This document shows positions 26,959 to 35,689 of a stretch of 64,000 bases of DNA, in pieces; the stretch's first letter is position 1; every line of letters starts with the position of its first letter. The DNA is from Candidatus Caldarchaeum subterraneum (lineage in GTDB: Archaea; Thermoproteota; Nitrososphaeria_A; Caldarchaeales; Caldarchaeaceae). The DNA lies in assembly GCA_000270325.1 (NCBI GenBank), contig BA000048.1:1413481-1477480 (forward strand), written 5' to 3'. Under the pieces are notes generated by a model. That model worked only from the letters and a program-made list of their open reading frames with translations. It was not told the DNA's origin and ran no database searches. Both the position numbers and the translations under genes were made by a program.

Positions 26959-27651
26959 ATGGTTGTGTCTGAGAGACGGTTGCTCGTTCGGTTTTTTCAG
27001 ATAGGCTCGGTGCTGGCTTTGGCGGGCAGCATACATGTGCTGACCCTTCTCCTTCCATGGTACACTGTAAGGGCTGACAGCGTTTCAACCTCTGTTTTGA
27101 GCGGCTACCTGCTACCCGAGACACTGGCCCTCTCAGTGGCCGGAGGAGTTTTGGCGGGTCTGTCTTTGTTGGTGACATCCTTTAGCCAGCGTCCCATGGC
27201 GGTGAGAACCGTGCTAGTTGTCTTATCGCTTTTAGGAGGGGTGCTAGCCATGGTTTCTCCGCTCTATCTCGGGCTTGTCAGGGTTCCGGCTCTAAGCGTG
27301 GCTGGCGAGCCGGGCATAGGGTTCTTCATAGCACTTTTCTCCGCCATAGTTATTCTTGCGTTAGGAGGAGTGGCTCTTATGACACGGCCGCGTGTGGTCG
27401 AGATTCCATATCAAGGCTATGGTGGCGTGAGCGGGGCTACAGTGTCGTCCACACAGCCGATGGAGACAACCTCTTTTGAAGTTGCCGGTGAGGTTGAGGA
27501 GGGAGTAGTCTGCCCCATTTGCTACACATCCGTGGAAGCTGAAAATGCTGTTAGATGCTCCTCATGCGGTGTAGTTTTTCACTCTGGATGCCTTGACGCA
27601 TATGTAAACATAAACGGTACTTGCCCAAACTGTGGAAGAGCCGTTGTCTAG
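26959..27651 (+). CDS. Multi-pass membrane protein with C-terminal RING finger (putative membrane E3 ligase)
   Basis: About 4 hydrophobic helices, S/T/E linker, CPIC-x11-CSSC-x4-H-x2-C-x10-CPNC; TATA at 26925-26933 supports ATG 26959. Confidence 0.8.
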   Translation: MVVSERRLLVRFFQIGSVLALAGSIHVLTLLLPWYTVRADSVSTSVLSGYLLPETLALSVAGGVLAGLSLLVTSFSQRPMAVRTVLVVLSLLGGVLAMVSPLYLGLVRVPALSVAGEPGIGFFIALFSAIVILALGGVALMTRPRVVEIPYQGYGGVSGATVSSTQPMETTSFEVAGEVEEGVVCPICYTSVEAENAVRCSSCGVVFHSGCLDAYVNINGTCPNCGRAVV

Positions 27652-27662
27652 CGTGAGTCTGC

Positions 27663-29111
27663 ATGGGCCTCGAGGAAATCGTTAAACTCGGTCTTGAGCG
27701 GGGGTTTTTCTTTCCGTCGGCGGAGATTTACGCCGGGTCTCCGGCGGGCTTCTGGGAATATGGGCACCTAGGAGCACTGCTCAAACGCAAGTTCATAGAC
27801 GCGTGGCATCGCCTAATGGTGCGAAGAGATGAGATGCTTCTCGTCGATGGTTCGCAGATTCTTCCCAAACCCGTTTTCGTCGCATCTGGTCATCTAGCCA
27901 CATTCGCAGACCCCATAACACGCTGTAAATCATGCAAGTCCGTTTATCGAATAGATAGGCTGCTGGAGGAGAAGCTGGGCATAAAGGTTCCGGAAAGGAC
28001 TCCACCCGAGCAGATTGACGAGATTATTGCTGAGCATGGTTTCCGTTGCCCTGCATGCGGGGGAGAACTGGACAAAGTCTCCCTGTTCAACATGATGTTC
28101 GGTGTTTCTCTGGGGGCGTCGGGCGATGAGGGATATCTCAGGCCCGAGACGTGTCAAAACATCTTCATAGATTTTCCACGTGTTTACAAGATTTCGCGGA
28201 GAAAGCTGCCGCTCGCGCTCGCACAGGTGGGGAAAAGCTTCCGTAACGAGATATCACCTCGCCAATCACTTATCAGGCTCCGGGAGTTTACACAGGCAGA
28301 GATAGAGGTTTTCTTCAACCCACGCACAGCCAACGAATTTGCGAAGGCCAAGACAGTTGCTGACAAAGAGTTAAACATGTGGGTTGGAGAGAGGGTTGAA
28401 AAAATCACATGCGAAAGAGCTGTTGAGAGTGGTCTGGTTTCGAGTTGGCTCGTCGCATATTATCTCTGGCTTGTGCAGGACTTCTATTTCCGCTTAGGCA
28501 TAGGCTCGGACAGGCTTAGGTTCAGGAGGCTCGGTGATGATGAGAAGGCTTTCTACGCCGCCGAGGCCTGGGATTTAGAGGTGCTTACCTCGACTGGGTG
28601 GGTGGAGCTTGTTGCATGTAACAACCGAACCGACTATGACCTCGGTGGGCATCAGAGGGTTAGCGGAGTCGACCTACGGGTAACGGAGGATGGGGAGAGC
28701 TTTCTGCCGCATGTTTTCGAGCTTTCGATGGGTGTTGACAGAAGCCTTCTCGCTCTTCTTGAGCACGGCTACGTCCAAGAAAATGGTAGGAGTGTTCTCC
28801 GTCTTCATCCAGCCCTCGCCCCATACACAATCGCGGTCTTCCCTCTGCTTGACAGGCCTGAGCTGACTCAGGTGGCCCAACAGCTCTACAACAAGCTGCA
28901 GCTGGATTTCGACACTTTCTATGACGAGAAGGGAAGCATAGGCAGAAGATACAGGAGACAGGATGAGATAGGCACACCCTTCTGCATAACAGTAGATTAT
29001 CAAACCTTGGAGGATAACACGGTGACCGTGCGTGACCGAGACACCATGAAACAGGAGCGGGTGAACATCGAAGTGCTCAAGAGCTACATATCGGATAAGC
29101 TCGTGATATAG
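27663..29111 (+). CDS. glyS: Glycyl-tRNA synthetase (alpha2 type)
   Basis: FNMMF, YLRPETCQNIF, GKSFRNEISPRQ, REFTQAE, GSIGRRYRRQDEIGTP. Confidence 0.95.
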   Translation: MGLEEIVKLGLERGFFFPSAEIYAGSPAGFWEYGHLGALLKRKFIDAWHRLMVRRDEMLLVDGSQILPKPVFVASGHLATFADPITRCKSCKSVYRIDRLLEEKLGIKVPERTPPEQIDEIIAEHGFRCPACGGELDKVSLFNMMFGVSLGASGDEGYLRPETCQNIFIDFPRVYKISRRKLPLALAQVGKSFRNEISPRQSLIRLREFTQAEIEVFFNPRTANEFAKAKTVADKELNMWVGERVEKITCERAVESGLVSSWLVAYYLWLVQDFYFRLGIGSDRLRFRRLGDDEKAFYAAEAWDLEVLTSTGWVELVACNNRTDYDLGGHQRVSGVDLRVTEDGESFLPHVFELSMGVDRSLLALLEHGYVQENGRSVLRLHPALAPYTIAVFPLLDRPELTQVAQQLYNKLQLDFDTFYDEKGSIGRRYRRQDEIGTPFCITVDYQTLEDNTVTVRDRDTMKQERVNIEVLKSYISDKLVI

Positions 29112-29132
29112 CTGCGCATGTTTAAATAATCG

Positions 29133-29507
29133 ATGGAGCCCGATACATCGATGGCGGACACTCTCTCACTCATCATATACATAGTTGTCTCGGCGCTGCT
29201 GCCCGTTCTACTAATCATAGGTTCCAAGCTCCTCTCACCCAAAAAACCAGCAAGACGTAAGCGACTTTCTTTCGAGAGTGGCCAGGTTCCATTTGGCTGG
29301 ACAGAGTCATCGTTTCCCGTCGAATACTTTCCCTACGCTATTATCTACATAGCCTACGCGGTCATCGCCCTAGCTGTCTTCCTCTCCGTTGTAGCTGTCA
29401 TCGACAACCCAGGCGCAGCTCTCAACGTAGTTGTTTTGCTAGCTGTTCTCAGCGCTTCATCGATATACGCAGCCGCAACCCTAAAGAATTTGCCGCAGAG
29501 GCTGTAG
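29133..29507 (+). CDS. nuoA: Complex I subunit NuoA
   Basis: 3 TM, K...SFESG loop motif, directly upstream of nuoH. Confidence 0.75.
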   Translation: MEPDTSMADTLSLIIYIVVSALLPVLLIIGSKLLSPKKPARRKRLSFESGQVPFGWTESSFPVEYFPYAIIYIAYAVIALAVFLSVVAVIDNPGAALNVVVLLAVLSASSIYAAATLKNLPQRL

Positions 29508-29511
29508 AGAG

Positions 29512-30543
29512 ATGGTTGTAGCCTTACCTCCTCCTTTACAGGAGCTTGTCAGGTTTCTGGCGAGTGAGAGCTTCGTAAAGGCTGCTGTCTTCCCGGGAGC
29601 AACCTTCGTGGCGGTATTGGGCATATTGTCCGTATGGTATGAGAGAAAGCTTCTCGCACGCATTATGCTTCGCCCCGGGCCTCTTCACGTGGGCAAGTAT
29701 GGTGGATGGCTGCAGGTAATCGCTGACGCAGTCAAGTTTCTCTCAAAAGAGTTCATCATCCCGGCACGGGCCAAGAAAAAACTGTTTGTCACCATGCCTC
29801 TCACAGCACTTTTCCTTTCAGCTCTCCTCTTCGCCTTCCTCCCTTTCAGTGAGTACTGGGTGATTTACAGAAGCGAGATAGGTGTCCTACTCGTCTTTGT
29901 GCTGATAGCTCTCACACCTATTCCATTGATTATAGCGGGATGGGCCGCGGGAAGCAAGTACAGCTTCGTCGGCATGCTGAGGTTCGCTTTCCAGATATTT
30001 GCATACGAAGTCCCCCTTTTCATAGCGTTGGCTGGTGTTATTCTCGCGGCAAAAACCTTCGACATAGTCGAGATTGTGAACGCACAGTATGCTCTACCGT
30101 TTATCGTCACACAGTTCATAGGATTTCTCGTCTTCTTTATAGCCGCGGTCAGTGAGGCGGAGCGGATACCGTTTGACCTTCCAACGGCGGAGCAGGAGCT
30201 TGTGGAGGGATGGATGGTTGAGTACGGGGGTGTAGGATTTCTCGGTATTCAGCTAGCCATGTACACTAAGCTTGACGCTCTCCTGTTCCTTACCGTCAAC
30301 CTATACCTCGGCGGATGGCATGGCCCAGCTATACCAGGTGTACCAGAGACAATTCTCCACCCCTTCTGGGTCTTCGTGAAGTTCCTCATACTTTTGACAA
30401 TCGTGTTCATGTTTAGAGGCGTCTACACCCGCATAACCATCAGAAAAATCCTCGACTTGGGCTGGAGATACCTCATACCTCTTGGCTTCATCAACCTCTT
30501 TCTCGTCAGCCTCACAATCTATCTGCCAACTTTCCTAGCCTAG
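29512..30543 (+). CDS. nuoH: Complex I subunit NuoH
   Basis: ERKLLARI..RPGP, ADAVKFLSKE, YEVP, RIPFDLPTAEQELVEG..VEY. Confidence 0.95.
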   Translation: MVVALPPPLQELVRFLASESFVKAAVFPGATFVAVLGILSVWYERKLLARIMLRPGPLHVGKYGGWLQVIADAVKFLSKEFIIPARAKKKLFVTMPLTALFLSALLFAFLPFSEYWVIYRSEIGVLLVFVLIALTPIPLIIAGWAAGSKYSFVGMLRFAFQIFAYEVPLFIALAGVILAAKTFDIVEIVNAQYALPFIVTQFIGFLVFFIAAVSEAERIPFDLPTAEQELVEGWMVEYGGVGFLGIQLAMYTKLDALLFLTVNLYLGGWHGPAIPGVPETILHPFWVFVKFLILLTIVFMFRGVYTRITIRKILDLGWRYLIPLGFINLFLVSLTIYLPTFLA

Positions 30544-30896
30544 CCTTTTCTCATCCTTTTCAGCTTAAACTCCAAGCCTGTTGAGACGATGTTGGCTCTC
30601 ACGATTGTGTAAACGACTTGGTCAAGCATGCGTCCAAAAGTCATGTCATCCATATTGGCTCCTCCGGTTTCGTAAATTTTTTGAAGCTGCTCCATGTTGT
30701 TATCGAGGTCCAGATGCCCGGACAGGTGTTGGTATATAGGGATGCCCCTGATTTCCTGATGAATCTTCACGGATTCAGTGAAGTACGTAAAGTCTTCTGT
30801 GTCGAGGAATGACCTAAGTGTTTTTGCGAGTAGACGCAGCTTTTTCAGTAGTTCATGGGCCTCGGGTCTCTCTTTCGGGGTTAGCTCTGTCGCCAT
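30540..30896 (-). CDS. Hypothetical helical protein downstream of nuoI
   Basis: 118-aa ORF starting 2 nt after the nuoI stop. Confidence 0.65.
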   Translation of the reverse strand: MATELTPKERPEAHELLKKLRLLAKTLRSFLDTEDFTYFTESVKIHQEIRGIPIYQHLSGHLDLDNNMEQLQKIYETGGANMDDMTFGRMLDQVVYTIVRANIVSTGLEFKLKRMRKG

Positions 30897-30898
30897 GG

Positions 30899-31807
30899 CT
30901 ATCCTCTCAACGCGGTGACGAGTTTGTCGAACCAGCCCAGCTCGGCCGGCGGCCCTCTAACACCGGGTTTGGCGAGCTTCTTGGGGCTGTAGAAGAGGGA
31001 GCGTCTATCGGTGTCCGAGAGCTCGATCTCGGGCGTCATCTCGAGGGCGTAGAAGGGGCATGCGTCTACGCAGAAGCCGCAGAAGACGCAGCGGCCATAG
31101 TCGACCGCGGGGAAGTATGACTTCTTGTTGTGGGCGAGTTTTTCATCAATTTTCGTGATGGCTAAAACAGCCTCATATGTGCCGTTGCTGAGCCTGTGGT
31201 ATTCGTCTTCTTTGTCGGCGCCCTGCACCTCGATGACTTGGTCGCTCCACCCGTTTCCGCGAGCCCATGTGAGGAAGCTGTCGAAATATGACTCGAGGAC
31301 AGCCTCGGACCTATATGAGTAGATGGGCTCTGCGTTCAGCTTCCACTCATAGCCCTCACCAGCCTGCTGCAGGGCCCTCAAATCATTCCATACAACGTCT
31401 ACCACTGGATGCGAATTCGGTGCAGCGCCGTTTTCACTAACGCCCAATCGGGTGACCAGGTTCTCGACAAAGTCTACAGCCGATTTCTCACCTTTCCTAT
31501 AATCCTCCACAAACTTTTTCCCGAGCTTGAGGGATGCATTGAACCCGTAGACCATCATGATGGCTTCGGCCACGTTTTGGCATGCTATGTCGCATAGGCT
31601 GCAGCCGGTGCATTTGTCGAGATAGAGGATGTGTCTGCCTTTGAAGCCTGGGTAGGCTATGCTTGCCTTGGGGTCGTATCGATAGTTTTCACCCGTCGTG
31701 TTGATGATTTTCTCGTAGGGATACTTTATCGTGACTGTGGGCATAAACACGTGTTTCAGGGCGACTATCATCGGCTTAACTATCCTTGCAAACGTCTCGA
31801 AAACCAA
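30899..31807 (-). CDS. nuoI: Complex I subunit NuoI (2x[4Fe-4S]) with a large internal insertion
   Basis: TIKYPYE, FKGRH, CTGCSLCDIAC and DYGRCVFCGFCVDACP. Confidence 0.85.
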   Translation of the reverse strand: MVFETFARIVKPMIVALKHVFMPTVTIKYPYEKIINTTGENYRYDPKASIAYPGFKGRHILYLDKCTGCSLCDIACQNVAEAIMMVYGFNASLKLGKKFVEDYRKGEKSAVDFVENLVTRLGVSENGAAPNSHPVVDVVWNDLRALQQAGEGYEWKLNAEPIYSYRSEAVLESYFDSFLTWARGNGWSDQVIEVQGADKEDEYHRLSNGTYEAVLAITKIDEKLAHNKKSYFPAVDYGRCVFCGFCVDACPFYALEMTPEIELSDTDRRSLFYSPKKLAKPGVRGPPAELGWFDKLVTALRG

Positions 31808-31850
31808 CGCGCGTCACCTAGCGAAAAGCCGTCCCAGGATAAATAGGTAA

Positions 31851-32075
31851 TCAGTTAACAATTACACGGTTCGTCTGCTTGGCGAGGAGATATTTCCTAT
31901 ATAGCCTGTGGCCGAAAAGAGCGTTAAAGATTGTCAACAGCTGGAGAGTCACGTGGGTGGCGATAAACACTGGCAGCGGTTGTTTCAGAATCACTATCAC
32001 TACTATAGCCGTTATGAAGATGAAGAAGTGTACGAGGATTGCTGCCACGACCGATGTTGTCTGGTATTTCTTCAC
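31851..32075 (-). CDS. Small 2-TM protein after oxidase subunit I (possible accessory subunit)
   Basis: Two hydrophobic helices; start uncertain (the 32222 start overlaps coxA heavily). Confidence 0.55.
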   Translation of the reverse strand: MKKYQTTSVVAAILVHFFIFITAIVVIVILKQPLPVFIATHVTLQLLTIFNALFGHRLYRKYLLAKQTNRVIVN

Positions 32076-32097
32076 GGCCTCTTCTATTGGTGATGTT

Positions 32098-33672
32098 TCA
32101 CTTGGCTTCAGGCTTGACCACCTGTTGACGAGTTTTATCCAACTGGTTGAGATATTCTCCTGGAAAGTCTGGCATGTGGTTCTTGATGGATTGCCACGGG
32201 TCTGCGTCAGCCTTTGGCCCAAACTTCCAGCTCAGCAGCACGTTTAACAAGAAGACTGCGGTGCCTATGCCTATTAGAAAAGCTCCAACAGAGGCAACTA
32301 CATGCCAGGGTTGGTACTCGGGGACATAGCTGTAGTATCGCCGCGGCATACCCATCAAACCGAGGATCATCATCGACATGAAGACAAGATACTGTCCGAC
32401 GTTAGCTGTTATTGCATGGATTTTGCCGAGGGATTCGCTGTACATTCTCTTGGTCAAGTATGGGAAGTAGTAGTATGTTGCGGCGAAAGCTGCTTGGGAT
32501 ATGGCGCCGAAGAGGATGAAGTGCATGTGGCCTACAACCCAGTAGGTGTCGTGGACGTGCCAGTCGACAGGTATCGCTGGATGGAAAACACCTGTTATCC
32601 CCCCGACAATAAATGTGGCTATGAACGAGAGCGTGAATATTGTTGGAGTGTTGTACCTTATTTTTCCTCCCCACAGTGTTGCCTCCCAGTTAACCACTTT
32701 AACGCCGGATGGAATGGCGACAAGCATCGTCATTATCATGAACGGGGCGAGGGTCAGTGGTGATAACCCGGTGGTGAACATGTGGTGGGCCCATACACCG
32801 AAGCTGAGCACCGCTATGAGAACCGATGACAGTGCTATCATCCGGTAGCCGACGATGGGTTTCTTGACGAGGCGAGGCAGTATCTCTGATATTATGCCCA
32901 TGGCGGGGATGACTAGTATGTAGACCTCTGGGTGGCCGAAGAACCAGAAGAGATGTTGCCAAAGGATTGGGTCGCCTCCCTGTGCGGGGAGATAGAAGCC
33001 TGTTCCAAGGTTTCTGTCGAGCAGTAGCATGGTTAAGCCGAACGCCAGTGGGGGAACGGCGAAAATTATGATGAAAGCAGTTACAACCCATGACCATACG
33101 AATAGAGGAAGCCTCCACCACCCCATGTCAGCTCTTCTAAGCCGCCAAGTCGTGACTATGAAGTTCAAGGCCCCAACCATCGACGAGGTGCCTGCTACAT
33201 GCAGGCTCAGTATCCAAAGGTCGACTCCAACACTAGGCTCAATCACAGAGAGTGTTGCATAACCTGTCCAGCCTATGTTTGCCCAGCTCGACATGAGCAG
33301 GACACCGGCTGCCAGAAACAGCCAGAAGCTCAGGGCATTGAGCTTGGGATAATACATGTCCGGAGCCCCTATCATTTTGGGGATTAGATAGTTTCCCAGA
33401 CCAGCGAAAACTGGCATGGCCCAGAAGAAGACCATCAATGTGCCATGTATCGTGAAAAGTGAGGAGTAGGTGTTTGAGTCTACTAGGTTGCCCTGAGGCG
33501 TGGCCAGCTCAAACCGCATCAACAGAGCCAACAGTCCACCGATGACGAGGAAGACATAGGATGCGGCGATGTATAGCATTCCTATGTGGGCGTGGTTGGT
33601 TGTCGACAGGATCTGGTAGAGGCTCTTGTACCATGGCTTGGGTTGAGTTTTTTCCATTGTTACCGCGGTCAT
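32098..33672 (-). CDS. coxA: Heme-copper oxidase subunit I (A1-type)
   Basis: TIHG, WFFGHPEVY, WAHH, GHMH, GMPRR. Confidence 0.96.
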   Translation of the reverse strand: MTAVTMEKTQPKPWYKSLYQILSTTNHAHIGMLYIAASYVFLVIGGLLALLMRFELATPQGNLVDSNTYSSLFTIHGTLMVFFWAMPVFAGLGNYLIPKMIGAPDMYYPKLNALSFWLFLAAGVLLMSSWANIGWTGYATLSVIEPSVGVDLWILSLHVAGTSSMVGALNFIVTTWRLRRADMGWWRLPLFVWSWVVTAFIIIFAVPPLAFGLTMLLLDRNLGTGFYLPAQGGDPILWQHLFWFFGHPEVYILVIPAMGIISEILPRLVKKPIVGYRMIALSSVLIAVLSFGVWAHHMFTTGLSPLTLAPFMIMTMLVAIPSGVKVVNWEATLWGGKIRYNTPTIFTLSFIATFIVGGITGVFHPAIPVDWHVHDTYWVVGHMHFILFGAISQAAFAATYYYFPYLTKRMYSESLGKIHAITANVGQYLVFMSMMILGLMGMPRRYYSYVPEYQPWHVVASVGAFLIGIGTAVFLLNVLLSWKFGPKADADPWQSIKNHMPDFPGEYLNQLDKTRQQVVKPEAK

Positions 33673-34097
33673 GGCTCAACCACCATGTTCGCTCTCATAC
33701 TGTAGTGGCCTTGTCCACAGAACTCTGCGCATTGTATTAAATATGTCCCTGGCTCCAACGGAGTTACATAGAGGACGTTTGTGCGGCCGGGTACGACGTC
33801 TTTCTTCAACCCAAAGTCTCTAAGGTAGAAGCTATGGATGACGTCTTCGGAGTTTAGCTCGAGTCTCACGGTTTGGCCTGCCTTGACACGGAGCTCGCCG
33901 CTGACGGTTCCATCGGGGTAGACAAACTGCCAGGCAAACTGGCGTGCGACAACCTTGACCGTCAAATCCGCTGGCTTATTTGCTTCGAGGTCATTCAAAA
34001 CATTCCACGACCAGAAACCGATTACAACGAACAGTATTAATGCGCCGACGATTGTAGCGTTCTCCACCAGCTTAACCCTTTCCATGCCATCATTCAC
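33669..34097 (-). CDS. coxB: Heme-copper oxidase subunit II, CuA domain with one TM
   Basis: RQFAWQF, DVIHSF, CAEFCGQGHYSM; likely start ATG 34085. Confidence 0.92.
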   Translation of the reverse strand: MNDGMERVKLVENATIVGALILFVVIGFWSWNVLNDLEANKPADLTVKVVARQFAWQFVYPDGTVSGELRVKAGQTVRLELNSEDVIHSFYLRDFGLKKDVVPGRTNVLYVTPLEPGTYLIQCAEFCGQGHYSMRANMVVEP

Positions 34098-34323
34098 CTT
34101 TTTCTCTGAATTTATACATCATGAAGAAGAGTGCGCCGATGAATATGGAGCCCACCGCGGAGCCGGCGATGTAAACAAATTGGTAGAGCCTGTTAATTTC
34201 TATGGTTTGGGGTGACAGGGGTCTGAAGAGCTGCCCAAAGTTTCCTAGGATAAGTAGGGTTGAGAAGATGGCGAAGATTATTAGAGCGAGTACGAGGTAG
34301 TCTGTTGTCCTTGTCTCAGACAT
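34090..34323 (-). CDS. Small membrane protein resembling the N-terminal part of oxidase subunit II
   Basis: PLSPQTIEINRLY...TM...YKFR resembles the COX2 TM region. Confidence 0.6.
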   Translation of the reverse strand: MSETRTTDYLVLALIIFAIFSTLLILGNFGQLFRPLSPQTIEINRLYQFVYIAGSAVGSIFIGALFFMMYKFREKGE

Positions 34324-34774
34324 GGGGGACCATCTCCGGGGCTGTATTTTTGTGTTTTTCCTGTATGCGTATGACGTAGGCTGCGGTGGCTAACGAGGAG
34401 TGGAGCGCTAAAACGGTTGCAGCAACCGCTTGATGAGCGGCTATGACTATTGGAGGTATGGCTGTGAAGATTACCACCGCGCCCACCACGAAAACCTGCA
34501 GCAAAAGCGCTGCGAAAGCATATACGGCCAGGGGACGGAGTGTGGTTCTCCAGCCGAGGTAGAAGGTGTAGACTCCTGAGAGGAAGGTGATGAAGGCAAC
34601 GATTCGGTGTCCGAATTCGAGGAGAATGAATGGGTCGTTTTCGAGTGGGCAGAGGGGCCAGTCGGGACACGCCATTCCCGCGCCAACCTTGCTCACATAG
34701 CTGCCTAGGGACATCGTCAAAATCGCCAGTAGCGATGTGCCGAGGGCGGAGTAGAAAACCCGCCTAAGATTCAT
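34316..34774 (-). CDS. ctaA: Compact (4-TM) heme A synthase, CtaA/COX15 family
   Basis: GAGMACPDWPLC, EFGHR, LQ...G, AAHQ. Confidence 0.85.
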   Translation of the reverse strand: MNLRRVFYSALGTSLLAILTMSLGSYVSKVGAGMACPDWPLCPLENDPFILLEFGHRIVAFITFLSGVYTFYLGWRTTLRPLAVYAFAALLLQVFVVGAVVIFTAIPPIVIAAHQAVAATVLALHSSLATAAYVIRIQEKHKNTAPEMVPHV

Positions 34775-34801
34775 TTGGAGAAAAAGTCTCTGTGCGTTTA
34801 T

Positions 34802-35689
34802 TTATATGTAGCCGGGCATCACTTCTTTGGAAAACTTCTCCATATCTTTAACATAGTCTTCGGCGGGTTTGTCTCCAAAATAGAGAGCAAAGTGTGTGAC
34901 ATTTAGATTGATGTATTGTTCTATGGTGTCGATTATCTTGTTGGGGGAGCCTGTGAGGATTGCCCTGTTCTCGCCTGCTCTGACCTTTACGACTTGGGGG
35001 GTTTTTCCCGAGAAGTCTACGGTGAAACGTCCTGATATTTTGAAGCCCTCGGTCTTACTAATGTTGGAAACCCGTTCGCTAAGTGTGTCAAGAGTTATGC
35101 CTGTGAAGTGCCACGCCTGACCATGTTTCATGGCTCGTCTTAAGGCGTGTTCGCTGTTTCCGCCAATCCAGATCGGTGGACCGCCATTCTGTGCAGGGGC
35201 GGGTTCGAAGATACCGGCTTCCACCTTGTAGTATCGGCCTTTGAAAGATACTTCTCCCCCTTGCCACAGCTGTTTAATGAGTTGAAGGGCTTCGTCAAAC
35301 CTGCGTCCCCTGTTTCTAAAATTCATACCGAGGTTTTGGAACTCTTCTTCACACCATCCAGCTCCAAACCCCGCCACCACCCGTCCTCCGCTGAGCACAT
35401 CGATGGCTGCCAGAGCTTTTGCCACTTGGACAGGTTCCCTCATAGGAAGAATTAGCACAGAGGAGCCGACCTTAACCTCTTCAGTAACAGATGCGACGTG
35501 GGCCATGGTGGTGATAGCTTCGAGGATGTTTCCGTAAGGATACCTCTGGGTCGGAGGCAGCAGCAAATGGTCGGTTATCCACACTGACTCGTACCCAAGC
35601 TCCTCAGCTTCTGATGCGATGACATCTATAGACTTGGGTGAGAGATGTTTTCCGAAGTTGGGTAGACAGACGCCGAACTCGATTCTCAT
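34802..35689 (-). CDS. LLM-class (luciferase-like) flavin/F420-dependent oxidoreductase
   Basis: GYESVWITDH, LPMREP, DVLSGGR...GAGW...EF, PPIWIGG. Confidence 0.88.
   Translation of the reverse strand: MRIEFGVCLPNFGKHLSPKSIDVIASEAEELGYESVWITDHLLLPPTQRYPYGNILEAITTMAHVASVTEEVKVGSSVLILPMREPVQVAKALAAIDVLSGGRVVAGFGAGWCEEEFQNLGMNFRNRGRRFDEALQLIKQLWQGGEVSFKGRYYKVEAGIFEPAPAQNGGPPIWIGGNSEHALRRAMKHGQAWHFTGITLDTLSERVSNISKTEGFKISGRFTVDFSGKTPQVVKVRAGENRAILTGSPNKIIDTIEQYINLNVTHFALYFGDKPAEDYVKDMEKFSKEVMPGYI

Noticed and set aside
31150..31550. Intein in NuoI (also checked PolB)
   Set aside because: No C/S start with HN-C/S/T end and no LAGLIDADG motif; PolB has normal length
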